From Neovahlkampfia damariscottae (lineage: Eukaryota), in the NCBI GenBank assembly GCA_016618085.1, contig JABLTG010000019.1:1-64000 (forward strand): a stretch of DNA of 64,000 bases. Direction: 5' to 3'. Position 1 is the first letter of the stretch. Every line of letters begins with the position of its first letter. This document shows positions 23,004-34,750 of the stretch, in pieces. Below the pieces are notes generated by a model. The model worked only from the letters and a program-made list of their open reading frames with translations, was not told where the DNA came from and searched no databases. The position numbers and the translations under genes were made by a program.

Positions 23004-26000
23004 TTATTTTATTTTTTTCCAAATTTCTTTTTGAATTTCCATTGGAATAATTTGTGAACCAAAAACTTTGATTTCTTCTGAATATTGATGATTAATATCA
23101 TTTTTCATTCTTTCATCAATTGATTTTTCCACAATTTTTGAAATTTTTGAATAATTAGGAAAATCAAACTTTTCATTTTTTCTCCACAATCCTTCGTTTT
23201 GTAATTTTTTGGAAAATCTATTTTGATGGTTTAATTTACCAAAATGGTCATTGAATTCATTTGGTGTTTCTGAAATTAATCCACGGAGAGCCTGATTGAT
23301 TTTTTCAATGTTTATTCCAATTTCATCAAACCAAAAGCCATCAATGGATTGTTTCTCAATGATTAAATTTTGAGCATCTTTCAAAAAATATCTCATTTTT
23401 TCATCTTCTTTGGCACCCAATACAATCAATGATTGGATGATCTCAGCCAATAAACCAATTTCTTCTTGTTTTTTGGCGAAAAATCCGGCATATTTCAAGA
23501 ATTCATATTCATGTTTATAATAGTCCTTTCTTAATCGAAATAGTGAATCATCAGATGTCTCTAAAATTATTTGGTTGACCAATTGACAAACAGATATAAA
23601 TAGTCTTTTGTAAGAAGGTTTTTGAATCAAATTTGGTGATTTCATGAAAAAGTAATATAATTCACGTATTTGTGGAATCCAAATTCTACTAAATATCGAA
23701 AAATCAAAACTTGGAAATGAAAAACCAGTCCTTGACAGAGCTCTAAAAAAATAAAATGCTTCTTTCAATGATTTCACCATTTCATTGAATAATGGTGAAT
23801 TATCTCTCTTTGTTCGTTCAAAATGCATTTTGAATTTCTTAACATCCAGAACATCAATATTTCTAATGATCAATCGATTCCAATTTGTCAACTCTTGTTT
23901 AAATAGTAACCTGAAGAACTTTGCAATTTTTTCACTTAATTCAGTATGATCAATGTTCAATACCATTAAATCAATTAATTCATCGAGTTTATGAAAGGTA
24001 ATTGCTATCAAATTTTTGATATCTTCACTTTTCAATTTTAGAGAATCAAAGTTCGATTTCTCTTCTAAGTCATAAGGAAGATCTTCAATAAAATCATCCA
24101 TTTCTTTAATATAAGATCGAATAATTTTTTTTCGAAATGATTCTTGTCTTATTAGCTTCAATAGGTTTTCAATAGGCAAATGAAATTGTTTCAATCTTCT
24201 TTTCGAAACAGCAAGATGTTTGATAATGTTTACATAATTCCAAGGATACAAATCATCAATAAACATGGTGTGGTTTTGTTCCAAGAACTGAATTGCTGTT
24301 TTAATAGAATTCAATTTTTTTGATTTGAAGTTCATTACATTATCTATTTTTGATAAATCTACTTCATGAATTTCATGATTTGAATCAATAATTCTGTCAT
24401 TCAAAAAGTATTTCAGCTGAGGCGAAGTTGCTTTTAAATCAATTTTTTGCGTTTTAATAAACTTTTTGATGAAATTAATGGACTGTGAATCAGTCATTGA
24501 TGCAAAGGATCTTTTATTCCTGGTGACCACTTTGAAGAGTAGATTGTGGTGTTTATAAGCTATATCAGCAGCATAATGTAATTTCCAGTTATTTCCTCCA
24601 ACAAAGATCTTTGAAAACTTCAAATCTAGTTTTTTTCCTTGCAATGAAATGATTTCAAAATTGAATGTCATTGTTCTTAATTTCCTAGGCAATGCATTCA
24701 CTGAATCGATGACAAACTCATCAAGAGCATTTTTTTCATCATCACTCAACAATATCTCATCTGCTATTTTATCAGTAGGACATAATCCATTGATACAATT
24801 GACTATAAATGTGTTTTTTGATGGAACAAACTCTTGAACAAAGACATGATCAGCATTTGTCAATAAATTCCTCATTTCTTCCTCGTCAACATCTTCTGTT
24901 GGAGATAGCTTTTCAAAATCTGTGTAACATTTTGACAGCTTTTTTGAAATGATTCTTGAATCGGAATTGAATTCCACTTCAGAACCAGTTTTTCTGGTAC
25001 CAAAAACTTTAAACAAATCCGTAGCGTGAGATATTTCAGATGAAAATTCATCATAATCCCAATGGTTTTTCAATATAAATCCATTTGGAAATTCTTGTTT
25101 CATGATATTCAAAAATTGTTCTATATCCACACTCCGTTTTTCAATATTTTGTGGTAAAATTTCCGATAACAGTTTGGTTTTCAAAAAATGTTTCGTTGGG
25201 CAATACTTTTTAAAAAGTAAATAAGTATTCCAATAACTCTCCAAGAAATGAACCAAGTTATGATTTGGTAATGCTAAATTATCATTTGATTGGATATTGA
25301 AGCGATGTTCTATTTTTTGATGCCAAATAATATGATCTCCAGGTATAATCAAAGGGGATATTCCATGAATATTTGGTGGAATTTTTGCTATGATGACTTC
25401 TTCCGTTGATGTATACCAATCCATCAATTTTTTTATTTTCTCTCTTGGTGGACATAAATCTGGATTATAAAGCAAGTATTTAAATAATATTTGATGGTTT
25501 TTTTCGAGTTCCTTTCTGATCTTCTCAATAACAGATTTTTCAATGGATGATATTTGTGATGCTAAATTATCTCCAACAAAATGACCGTATTTCTCAGTGG
25601 ACTTAACCAAACCAACTCCTCTTTTGGTGCATTTTTCAATATTTCTCTGGCATTCATTGAAAGTAACAAAATTACCTATCGATATTTTTTCTGATATTTT
25701 CTCAGTCAATTTCGAGTCTTTCTTGAAAAACAATAAAATTGGAGTGATGTCTATTGCATAATCTGGTAAATCAAACTCTGTGTGAAAAAGAATATCCATC
25801 AAAACTTCACTACTTTGATTCCAAACCTTGCTATTCTTGAAAACAATTTCAGATAATTGCTTCACCAAAAAATCATCAAATAATTGATCCATTGTCGGTT
25901 TATACGTAAAATAACCATTTCTATCAGTATTTAATAACAAATTTTGAAAAGTCTCAGTTAACAAAAATTTCTCTTTAAAAAAAGGTTCATTCTCCAAAAA

Positions 26001-26549
26001 TCTTCTATTCAATGGACGATACACATTGATTAACAAGTCTCTGAGAAAAATTGAATCTGAATTAACTTCTATATTTACAGATATTCTTTTTATATCTTTT
26101 TTCAATTTCTCAAAAAGTTCAACAAATAAATGAACATCACCTTTCAATTCATTTTCTGATAAAATTTGGTTTTGATGCTTTATCCAACCTTGATATTTTA
26201 GTGCTCCATTAGGTGGACTAAAAAATGAAGTCTTAAAAATCCTTTCTTGAAGAATCTGTATTTCACCATTTCCATTTGAAAAAGTGCAATTTTGAAAAAT
26301 AGATTTTCCAGAAAGTTGTCTTAAATTTTTTGGATTGAATTGACTTCTGAAATATATAATGTCATAATCCTCTGGTGTAAATTTTTCTTCAGTTTCGATT
26401 GTCAAAGAGCAGTTTTTTGAGAGATGATTAATGTTTAAAAAGGTTGTTTCTGAAAAATGATAAATACTCATTAAACTGGTCTTATTTGAAGTATCACTAG
26501 AAGAAAACTGAAAAAAAAATACCAAAAAAATCAAGTGAAATAACTTCAT
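23004..26549 (-). CDS. Large secreted hypothetical protein (1181 aa) with ATP-grasp-like middle and QxxDGxW-type C-terminus
   Basis: Intronless; signal peptide MKLFHLIFLVFFFQFSSS; GFILK...VFVQEFV; LLAEIIQSL...EKQSIDGFW. Confidence 0.65.
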   Translation of the reverse strand: MKLFHLIFLVFFFQFSSSDTSNKTSLMSIYHFSETTFLNINHLSKNCSLTIETEEKFTPEDYDIIYFRSQFNPKNLRQLSGKSIFQNCTFSNGNGEIQILQERIFKTSFFSPPNGALKYQGWIKHQNQILSENELKGDVHLFVELFEKLKKDIKRISVNIEVNSDSIFLRDLLINVYRPLNRRFLENEPFFKEKFLLTETFQNLLLNTDRNGYFTYKPTMDQLFDDFLVKQLSEIVFKNSKVWNQSSEVLMDILFHTEFDLPDYAIDITPILLFFKKDSKLTEKISEKISIGNFVTFNECQRNIEKCTKRGVGLVKSTEKYGHFVGDNLASQISSIEKSVIEKIRKELEKNHQILFKYLLYNPDLCPPREKIKKLMDWYTSTEEVIIAKIPPNIHGISPLIIPGDHIIWHQKIEHRFNIQSNDNLALPNHNLVHFLESYWNTYLLFKKYCPTKHFLKTKLLSEILPQNIEKRSVDIEQFLNIMKQEFPNGFILKNHWDYDEFSSEISHATDLFKVFGTRKTGSEVEFNSDSRIISKKLSKCYTDFEKLSPTEDVDEEEMRNLLTNADHVFVQEFVPSKNTFIVNCINGLCPTDKIADEILLSDDEKNALDEFVIDSVNALPRKLRTMTFNFEIISLQGKKLDLKFSKIFVGGNNWKLHYAADIAYKHHNLLFKVVTRNKRSFASMTDSQSINFIKKFIKTQKIDLKATSPQLKYFLNDRIIDSNHEIHEVDLSKIDNVMNFKSKKLNSIKTAIQFLEQNHTMFIDDLYPWNYVNIIKHLAVSKRRLKQFHLPIENLLKLIRQESFRKKIIRSYIKEMDDFIEDLPYDLEEKSNFDSLKLKSEDIKNLIAITFHKLDELIDLMVLNIDHTELSEKIAKFFRLLFKQELTNWNRLIIRNIDVLDVKKFKMHFERTKRDNSPLFNEMVKSLKEAFYFFRALSRTGFSFPSFDFSIFSRIWIPQIRELYYFFMKSPNLIQKPSYKRLFISVCQLVNQIILETSDDSLFRLRKDYYKHEYEFLKYAGFFAKKQEEIGLLAEIIQSLIVLGAKEDEKMRYFLKDAQNLIIEKQSIDGFWFDEIGINIEKINQALRGLISETPNEFNDHFGKLNHQNRFSKKLQNEGLWRKNEKFDFPNYSKISKIVEKSIDERMKNDINHQYSEEIKVFGSQIIPMEIQKEIWKKIK

Positions 26550-26642
26550 GTTGGTCTTTTGCTTTGATGGTTTGAAGTGGATACTCTGAAAATGGAAGGT
26601 TCTAAGTAACATGATTGGTGGAATATTTCTTTACAAAAATGT

Positions 26643-27732
26643 TTATTTTTCTTCCTTTATTTTATCTTCTTGAACGATAATAAGTGAATATTTTAACTCC
26701 ATGAAATTAGCCAAAGTGATAAGTTTTGATTCTTTTTCATTCAAAATTTCAAAAATATAAGCTTTTGAAGAACTATCCAATTTAATTTTAATTTTTTCGG
26801 AGATTTCCAAATCATTTGGTATGAGGTCTAAATCATACCATTTATGTTCTTTCAAACTTGAATCCTCAACTTTCAAAATTTCTTTGAGTTTATTATTATA
26901 AGAGACAATAGCACCATCATCATTATTAACTAAAAGAACTCCGACTTGAATTATATCTAAAAATTGTTGAAATTTTTCATATGACTTGGTAATTATATCA
27001 GAAAGTGATTTTTTTTTATCATCTTTTGTCTCCATTTGTGAATTATTTTGTGAATTTGAAATTCTTGAAAATAATTCTTTTTTTAAACAATCTTCGTGTA
27101 AATAACAAATTGATGAATCACCTGAAAGTGATTGCATTGGACATCCAAATCTTGTATTGAAAGGTTTCAAATTATTTGATATTTGAACAGCCAAGTAATT
27201 ATTTAACATGAAATTATCAAGAGCTTCCCAAAATGAAGTGAAACTACGTTCAACAATCTCTTTTTGTTGTGGAAATAATGAACTATAAAGTGACATTCTG
27301 TACTCTTTGTTTTGAAGATTTTTCGGTGGAAGGTTCAATGCATCAACTTTTAAAAAACCGTTAAAAAAAAATGTTGAATTTTTTACAATTTGTTTTTGGA
27401 AGAACTTGCTTGAGTGTTGGTTGTGTCATAGGTTGTGTTGTTGGTTGGTTTTGAATTGCTTCTTTTGTTGATTCGTTATTTCCAGTTGTTTCTTCCTCAG
27501 GATTTTCGTCATCAGAAAATTTTCTTTTTCTTCCTCTTTTTTTTGAAGGAATATCGAAACAAGGCACTTGAAGGCACGAACATCTTTTGCATGGTCTGTT
27601 TTCTGAACAACAAGCGTGAGATTTGCGACAATTTTCACAAGCTTTTCTTGAAATAGCTCTTCTTTTCTTTTGTTTAGAATCATTCTGAGAGAGTTGTGAA
27701 TTCAAATGAGGTTGTGTTGTTTGTTTGTCCAT
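26643..27732 (-). CDS. Zn(II)2Cys6 transcription factor with C-terminal PAS-like domain (Ert1/Rds2/AcuK-like architecture)
   Basis: ACENCRKSHACCSENRPCKRCSCLQVPC, KKRGRKRK NLS; VGVLLVNNDDGAIVSYN; one intron near 27353-27387. Confidence 0.85.
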
Positions 27733-27862
27733 TCTTCCAATTGAATAACAATGCTGCTATCTGATTGGCCTTCAATTTTCCGTAGATTAATTCTAATTGG
27801 TTCCGGTTTGTGATTTATTTTCCGATCAAATAACCAATCAAAAATCTAAAAACTTCAACAAC

Positions 27863-28363
27863 ATGAAAATCTCTAAAGAAGACAAAAATCCAGTTGGAAT
27901 CATTAAACATCTCATAAAAAAGTACCCAGAAGATATACATCAACTTGTAAATTTATTTCAATCTTTAGATGATGGAAACGGAGCAAATATTGAAAACATG
28001 GATGACGAAAAAACAAAAAAACTGTTAAAGTCACTTTTCAAACAATTAGGATTAGAAAAAAAAAAAACAGTTTCTGGTGAAAAAGTTTATGTAAAAATAT
28101 CAGATGAAATATCTCTTTTCCAAATTTTAAAAAAAGTTGCAAAATTACCTGACGAACAGTATTCTGTATCAAAACGAACTCCTATTACTTTAGAAGAAGC
28201 AGAGAAATTAATAAATCAAGAAAAACCTGAAACTTTGCTTGAAATGCATCAAAAGAAAAAAGGAATTGACACAACAACAGAAAACACCATGCATTTTCAA
28301 TCAAACAATAATAAACTGAAACAATTCATGGAAAAGAATAACTTAAAAGATAGATTTCAATAA
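27863..28363 (+). CDS. Hypothetical protein, weak GPALPP1/DUF3752-like C-terminus
   Basis: ETLLEMHQKKK...LKDRF; CCAATC at 27834. Confidence 0.5.
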   Translation: MKISKEDKNPVGIIKHLIKKYPEDIHQLVNLFQSLDDGNGANIENMDDEKTKKLLKSLFKQLGLEKKKTVSGEKVYVKISDEISLFQILKKVAKLPDEQYSVSKRTPITLEEAEKLINQEKPETLLEMHQKKKGIDTTTENTMHFQSNNNKLKQFMEKNNLKDRFQ

Positions 28364-28377
28364 ATAAATTTATTTGA

Positions 28378-29523
28378 TTACAATGAATAAACTTCAATTT
28401 CTGATATTGTGAAATTATAACTTCCTGCCAAATAATTTTTAATTTGTTGTGTGCCATATGTATAACCAGGTAACGAATATGAATGTCCTAAGTTTGAATA
28501 ACTCTGATTCAAAGTGTTTGAATTGGAACTTTTTAAAATTAAAATTAATTTTTGAATTTTACCAAATGTATAAGTCATGACCTCCTCCAAAGGTAGGACC
28601 GTAAGATGAACCTTGATATACTGAATATTGATTTGAGTGATGAGGTCCATTATTGTCAAGTTTTTTAGGTGCATCATTTGAAGCATTTTTAAAGCTAAAC
28701 AAAAAGGATTGATTGTTATACTGATATTGGTTTGTGGTAGACCATGACAAGGGTGTATAACCACCAAAAATATATCCTAAATTTGTTTTAATGATTGTAA
28801 TTGTCTCTCCTTTTCCACTACAAGTTGAACGAAAATTAGAAGCACTAAAACCATCTTTGGTAGCTTGATAACAAAGTTTCCATTTTTCTTTTTTATTGCT
28901 ACCTATCCATTTCATTAAAATATTTTGTTCTTTTGGTGATAAAATTTTACAACCTTTCATTGGAGCTAATTCAACTTCTTCAAACTCTTTTTTAAAATAT
29001 TCTTGAAGACCATAAAAATTTATCTCTTCTTTAAGTATTTGGTACTCTAATTCATCTTCTGGAATTTGAAGTGGTGTTCCTGTGCGAAGACAATTCAATA
29101 ATTGATTAAAAGGTTTTGGAGGTCGATCCAAGAAATATCTTCCATTTTTATCTTTTACACCAGGTATAAATGTCCCTGAAAACATGGCTTTTAATTTCAA
29201 AAATAAAAAAAAAAAAAAAAATTCAACTAACCTGACAACATTGAATTTTCAGCCTTCATTAAAGTTGAAAGATACGTTGTAAAAGTTTCTCCACCAACAT
29301 TTAGTTCAACCACTTTTTCATCAATTTTACCCCTTCTTTCCATAATTTCTTGTTCTTTTTTTACATTCATTTTCATTTCTTCAAAATGTTCATATTCTTT
29401 TTTGATTTCTTCTTTAAACTCCATTGATTTTCTTTGTAGATCCAAAGCCATTTCTGCAAGGTGATCAATAGAAGTGGTAAATTGAGTTGAAATTAAAATC
29501 TCTTCAGTTTTGTTTGAACTCAT
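28378..29523 (-). CDS. BTB/KCTD + TLDc domain protein
   Basis: VELNVGGETFTTYLSTL, YFLDRPPKPF; WKLCYQATKDGF, IFGGY, GPTFGGGHDL, EIEVY; 2 introns. Confidence 0.92.
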
Positions 29524-29572
29524 GTATTTTGTTTTGTTCAAATGGTCCAATAAAAAATTTTTTATTTATAAT

Positions 29573-30231
29573 TTATTTTTCTTTTTTATTGATTTGTTCT
29601 GAAACAAATTGAGTTCCTGTTTTAAATGCATATTTTCCAACAAGACTGAAAATAGATTTAGCGTCTTCAGGTTCAACTTTTGCTGCTAATTTTTCATTGA
29701 CTTGTTCAATTTCTTGAATGTGTTTCTCAAGTTCTTCAATTTTTGCATGTAATCTTTTAATTTCATCTTCTTTTTCTTTTAAAAGTTCAAAACTTCCACC
29801 TTGTTGTTGTTGATTATAACCACCTTGTTGCTGTTGATTGTAACCTCCTTGTTGTTGATTATATCCACCTTGGTTTTGGTTATAACCTCCTTGATTATAA
29901 CCTTGTTGTTGTTGGTTATATCCACCTTGTTGTTGATTGTAACCTCCTTGATTTTGTTGGTTGTATCCTTGTTGGAAACCCATTTGGTTTTGATTACCAA
30001 ATGAACCATTTCCACCTTGTTGTTGTTGAAATCCCATTTGGTTTTGATTTCCAAAAGAACCATTTCCTTGTTGTTGGTTTTGATTAAAACCTTGATTTGG
30101 AAAACCACCTCCTTGTTGGAATCCTTGATTCTGATCCTGTTGATTGAGTCCACCGAATATATCTTCACCACCTAAAATTATTAATATTTGAAAATTTGAC
30201 AGTTACCCATTGGATTGAAGTTTTGGTCCAT
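29573..30231 (-). CDS. Q/N/G/Y-rich low-complexity protein with C-terminal coiled coil
   Basis: MDQNFNPMG|GEDIFGG..., repeated GGYNQQQQ, then LLKEKEDEIKRLHAKIEELEKH. Confidence 0.8.
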
Positions 30232-30474
30232 TTTACAGTTGTTGGGTTTTATTTTTTTTTGATTGGATCGGAATTTTCTTCTGTTCTTATTGCTAATTGG
30301 TCATTCATTGACAAACAAAAATATTGTCGTTTTCCTATAATTTGAGCAATTCAACAGCATTTATTTTCCCACAATTTTTTAATTTTTTTTTGAACAAACC
30401 GCCTTGACAAAATCATCAGTTTTTTCTCCTCCAATCATCAACTGGAAATAATTTCTGTTGAACAAGAATAAAAA

Positions 30475-30906
30475 ATGAATTCCAATGATAGAAACATTTT
30501 ATCAAAAGCAAAACTCCAAGAAATTGTAAATCAAATAGATCCAAGACACACCCTCGATCCAGAAGTAGAAGAAATATTACTGGAAATAGCCGATGATTTT
30601 ATTGAAAATATCACTCATATGGGTTGTACTTTAGCAAAACATCGTGGATCAAACACATTAGAGGTAAAAGATATTCAATTGAATTTAGAAAAAAATTGGA
30701 ACGTAAAAGTACCAGGTAAATTTATTATTGCAAGAATATTAATTTTTTTTTAATTAGGATATTCTGTTGATGCCTTACAACCACATCAAAAACAACATTT
30801 TAGTGATTATCATAAACAAAATATTTCATCTGTTAAAAAAGCTTCGATTCAACTTCAAAAAGAAAATTCGAAGAAAAAAACTCCGTCTTCACATACAAAA
30901 AAATAA
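30475..30906 (+). CDS. TAF12: TFIID subunit 12
   Basis: LDPEVEEILLEIADDFIE...LAKHRGSNTLEVKDIQLNLEKNWNVKVPG; one intron. Confidence 0.93.
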
Positions 30907-30979
30907 ATACATCTCTTTTTGGTTTTTTATGAGTTTTTTCTTTTCACTTTGGTTTTCACCAATCAAAAATTTTTTTTTC

Positions 30980-31936
30980 ATGTTAACAAACGAAGGAGAA
31001 GCAGAAGTTTTAACCGAAGGTACTAACAGAAAATGATTAATTTTAGAATCAGAAAATCAAGAGGAAACAGAAGGATCAGAAAATGAAGAAAAACATGTTA
31101 CTATCCAAACAAAATTTTTGTACACCAGTTCACTTTGGCTTTTTCTTGTCTCTACAATTTACTTATTTGTATATGCTTCACAAGAAGTAGAAGAAGTATT
31201 TATGGTGGTTCTTGGATTCGTTCCATGCGCAGTTTTTGTTATAACAGCATTGTATTTTCAAAGTTTATTTTCACCATATCCAGGAATTTTCTTCAAAATT
31301 TTTTCATGGGTCCCTTTTGTTTCAGTAGCAACTTTATTCAACTTATTTATACATGACACTAATCAAAAAAATCATGTTGAATATTTCAATATTTACTTAA
31401 TCATGTTGATTGTATTTTTTATGTTTGGAGTATTGAACTTGTTCAATTTAAGAATTTCAATTGAATACTATGACTCGATAAAATATTCAATATGGGTATA
31501 TTTGGGTGTTTTTACGATGTTGGAATTGATTTCTCTTTTTTCAATTGTGGACAAACGAAAAGTTGGATTGTTTGAAATGAATTACTTTCTGATCATTGGA
31601 TTTGGAGCTTTATATGGATTACACTCAATCTATATTGAAGAATATGATAATACAAACATACAAGAAACAAGATATATTTTTATATTTTTTACAATTTACC
31701 TAATTAAAGTTGCTGTCATTGGTTTCATTCCAGAAATTTTCTCAACACTTCCAGAAGGAGAATCGGTTTGGATGATTTACTTGGCAATGATTGGATTTCA
31801 ATGCTCAATATTTTCATTATTTGCAACATTTTGGTTTTTAAAAAAATTGAAAAGAGTTCCATCTTTCTTGAAATCGATTTTTTGTTGCATTTTCTGTTGT
31901 TCTTGTTGTTGTAAATCAAAAGAAAAAGCAGATTAA
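30980..31936 (+). CDS. Multi-pass membrane protein of unknown function with Cys-rich C-terminus
   Basis: About 8 hydrophobic segments; FCCIFCCSCCC tail (possible palmitoylation); one 5' intron. Confidence 0.7.
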
Positions 31937-32024
31937 AAAGAGTTGAAATTCTCAATTTGGATGAATTTTCTAATAAAGACATTTCAAACGGTACACTCAT
32001 TTCATTGGTTGATTGTACTTGAGC

Positions 32025-32600
32025 ATGGTGTTCGAAGGAAAAATAAACTTGAAGAATAATTTAATTGTTGCAATAATTGGATCTGTTCTTTTATCATTAG
32101 GCATATGCTTTGGTTTGACCATGCTTATTCTTGGGTTTTTATTAACATTCAAAAATTTAATTCTTTTTTTGTTAGTTGTGCTTTATGGAACGAATGGTGG
32201 CCTTTATTTGCGATAATTCCGTAGGATTTTTTTTTAATTTTTTTTAAAACAAAAGTTTTGTATTTTCTCCGTGGCCTGAAATTGTCTCACGTGTTTTGTA
32301 TACTCAAGGCTATTTTTTAAAAATTTGTAAAGAAACAAATGAAGAGGAAGGTTCTGCTTATGAACATTTCTTTTCTTTTATCACTTCATTTTTAATTACA
32401 ACTGGATTGGGAATAGTTATTCTTCTTTTTCATTGTCGTGCAGTAAGTTTTAAAAAATTAAAAAAAAAAAGATTCGTTGGGAAGTTTTTATTTTTGAAAT
32501 TATTGGTTGTTTAGTTTTATTTATTACTCATTATATTTTCTGGTTCGCACTTCAATGGACAAGAAGATACGACGGTTTTGATCGTTCAGCTTTTAATTAA
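32025..32600 (+). CDS. VPS55: Vps55/LEPROT-family membrane protein
   Basis: Splicing 3 introns gives LILGCALWNEWWPLFAIIPFVFSPWP...FLITTGLGIVILLFH. Confidence 0.75.
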
Positions 32601-32663
32601 ATTTTTTTTATCCAATCAATTCTTTTTGAAACACCTGATTGGAAACGACAACAAGTTGTTGTA

Positions 32664-34703
32664 ATGGACTCAATCAAAGAATTCATCACTGAAAGACCTT
32701 TCTTATCTGTAGGATTGGTTTCATTAACAGCTGGTTTGAACGCTTTTGCTGGTTATACTCTTTATAAAAAAATTTCCGTTCCTCAATATTCGTTTAGTCC
32801 TTTAGAACATATAATACATATGATAACTCTGGGTAATTACAGAAAAGCAGAAGAATTAATGGAAGAATTTAAAAAAAATGACAAAAATGGAATTTTATCT
32901 CTTTATCTTGATTCTTATTTATACCATTTCAAAAATGATGAACCATCACAAGAAATGTGTAAAAGAATAACTGAACAAGAACCTAAAACAATGGAAGAAA
33001 AGATAGTGGTTTCATTTGCTCATCAATCTTTGAAACAAGAAAAATTAGGACATGCCATCGTTGAAGAAATCATAAAGACTGAAGAAAAACCAATTTCTAT
33101 GACTTATTTTGCAATTTCAAGATATATTGACAAAGAATTCACAAATAAAGAAAAAAGTTTGGAGTACTTGTTGCGCTCTGTTGAAATGGGTAATGTTTTT
33201 GCTGAGTACGAATATGGACTAATTTTGGTTGAAGGAAAATTTGGAATTGAAAAAAATGTTGAAAAAGGAATGAAGCACTTAAGAAACTCTTCAAATGCTG
33301 GTTATCTTTGTTCTACATATAAATTAGCCAATATTTATGAATACGGAATAAATGGTGTTATAAAACCAGACCTTTTCATGGCTTATGTTCACTACAAAAA
33401 AGCAGCAGTTCATTCACCAAGAGCTATGGCTGATTGTGCTTTTTTTAACTCAAATGGAATGGGTACAAAACTGAATATTCCTTTAGCATTGGAATATTAT
33501 AACAAAGCATATTATTATGGATACACCACTGCTTTAGTTCAATTAGGACTATTATATGAAGTTGGAGAAAAAGTTGAACGTGATATCAACAAAGCTCTTG
33601 AATATTACTCAAAAGCTTTGGAAGAAAAATGTTACGTAGCATGTGATTCTATTGCTTATATTTATTCTGAAGGAGTCCCAGGAGTTGAAAAAGACTTAAA
33701 AAAAGCAGTAGAATATGCTCAAATTGGTGCTCAACATAGAAACCCAGGATCTTATTATTTCTTGGGAAGATCATTTCAATTTGGTTTTGGATGTCAAGTA
33801 AATCTTCTAACAGCTTACAAGTACTATAGATTGTCAGCTGATTTAGGTAATAAAATTGGTTGTTATCAAGTAGGTGCTTTCTTAGAAGAAGGTATTTCAC
33901 AACCAGAAGACCCAGACGAACCATTGAGATATTTCTTAAAATCACATGATTTAGGTTATCAACTTGCTTGTATTCCAATAGGTTTTTGTTATTTTAATAA
34001 AAATGATTTGAAAAATGCTTACCATTATTTCAAATTATCACATATGGCAGGTGAAGCAGAAGGCACTTATTGGTATGGTAGAATAGTAGAACTTGGTTTT
34101 GAAGGATTTCAACCAAATGCTCAATTGGCATTTTCATTGTATTTAGAATCTTTTAAGAATGGATTTCAAACAGCAGATATTAGTCTTGGATATTATTTTT
34201 TGAATGGACTCCATGGACCAGCTGATTATCATCAATCATTTCATTACTATCAATTAGCAGCAAATAGAGGCTCACCTCAAGGATATACATGGGTTGGTTA
34301 TCATTTTTCACATGGATTAGGGGTTGAAAAAAATCCAATTCTTGCATTTCAATATTTTAAATCAGCGTATCAACTTGGAGATCGAAAAGATGCATGTTTA
34401 TATATTGGACTAGCTTTACTCTTGGGTATTGGTGTTCAAAAAGATGAAACAGAATCATTGAAATTTTTCCTTGAAGGATCTGATAATGGAAGTAAAGATT
34501 GCATGTACAATGCTGGTGTTTCATATGAAAAAGGTGATGGATGTGAAATTGATCTTCAAAAAGCTTTGCATTATTACAAATTAGCAGAGAAATATGGACA
34601 TCCAAAATCATCATCAGCATGTTCTATTCTACCATTTTTAATGAATAAATGGGTTCCAGATGAAGATGCTAAACAATATTCAACTCAAGAAATAAAGAAT
34701 TGA
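32664..34703 (+). CDS. Sel1-repeat protein with N-terminal membrane anchor
   Basis: Many G.GV.KD...A..YY..AA..G repeats; hydrophobic segment near residues 13-33. Confidence 0.9.
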   Translation: MDSIKEFITERPFLSVGLVSLTAGLNAFAGYTLYKKISVPQYSFSPLEHIIHMITLGNYRKAEELMEEFKKNDKNGILSLYLDSYLYHFKNDEPSQEMCKRITEQEPKTMEEKIVVSFAHQSLKQEKLGHAIVEEIIKTEEKPISMTYFAISRYIDKEFTNKEKSLEYLLRSVEMGNVFAEYEYGLILVEGKFGIEKNVEKGMKHLRNSSNAGYLCSTYKLANIYEYGINGVIKPDLFMAYVHYKKAAVHSPRAMADCAFFNSNGMGTKLNIPLALEYYNKAYYYGYTTALVQLGLLYEVGEKVERDINKALEYYSKALEEKCYVACDSIAYIYSEGVPGVEKDLKKAVEYAQIGAQHRNPGSYYFLGRSFQFGFGCQVNLLTAYKYYRLSADLGNKIGCYQVGAFLEEGISQPEDPDEPLRYFLKSHDLGYQLACIPIGFCYFNKNDLKNAYHYFKLSHMAGEAEGTYWYGRIVELGFEGFQPNAQLAFSLYLESFKNGFQTADISLGYYFLNGLHGPADYHQSFHYYQLAANRGSPQGYTWVGYHFSHGLGVEKNPILAFQYFKSAYQLGDRKDACLYIGLALLLGIGVQKDETESLKFFLEGSDNGSKDCMYNAGVSYEKGDGCEIDLQKALHYYKLAEKYGHPKSSSACSILPFLMNKWVPDEDAKQYSTQEIKN

Positions 34704-34750
34704 AATAAAAATCCGTTTTTTTATCCAATCATCTTAACTCCGAAAAAAAT

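Noticed and set aside
29790..30170. CRISPR-like or satellite repeat
   Set aside because: The repeats are in-frame codons of a Q/N-rich protein with no unique spacers.
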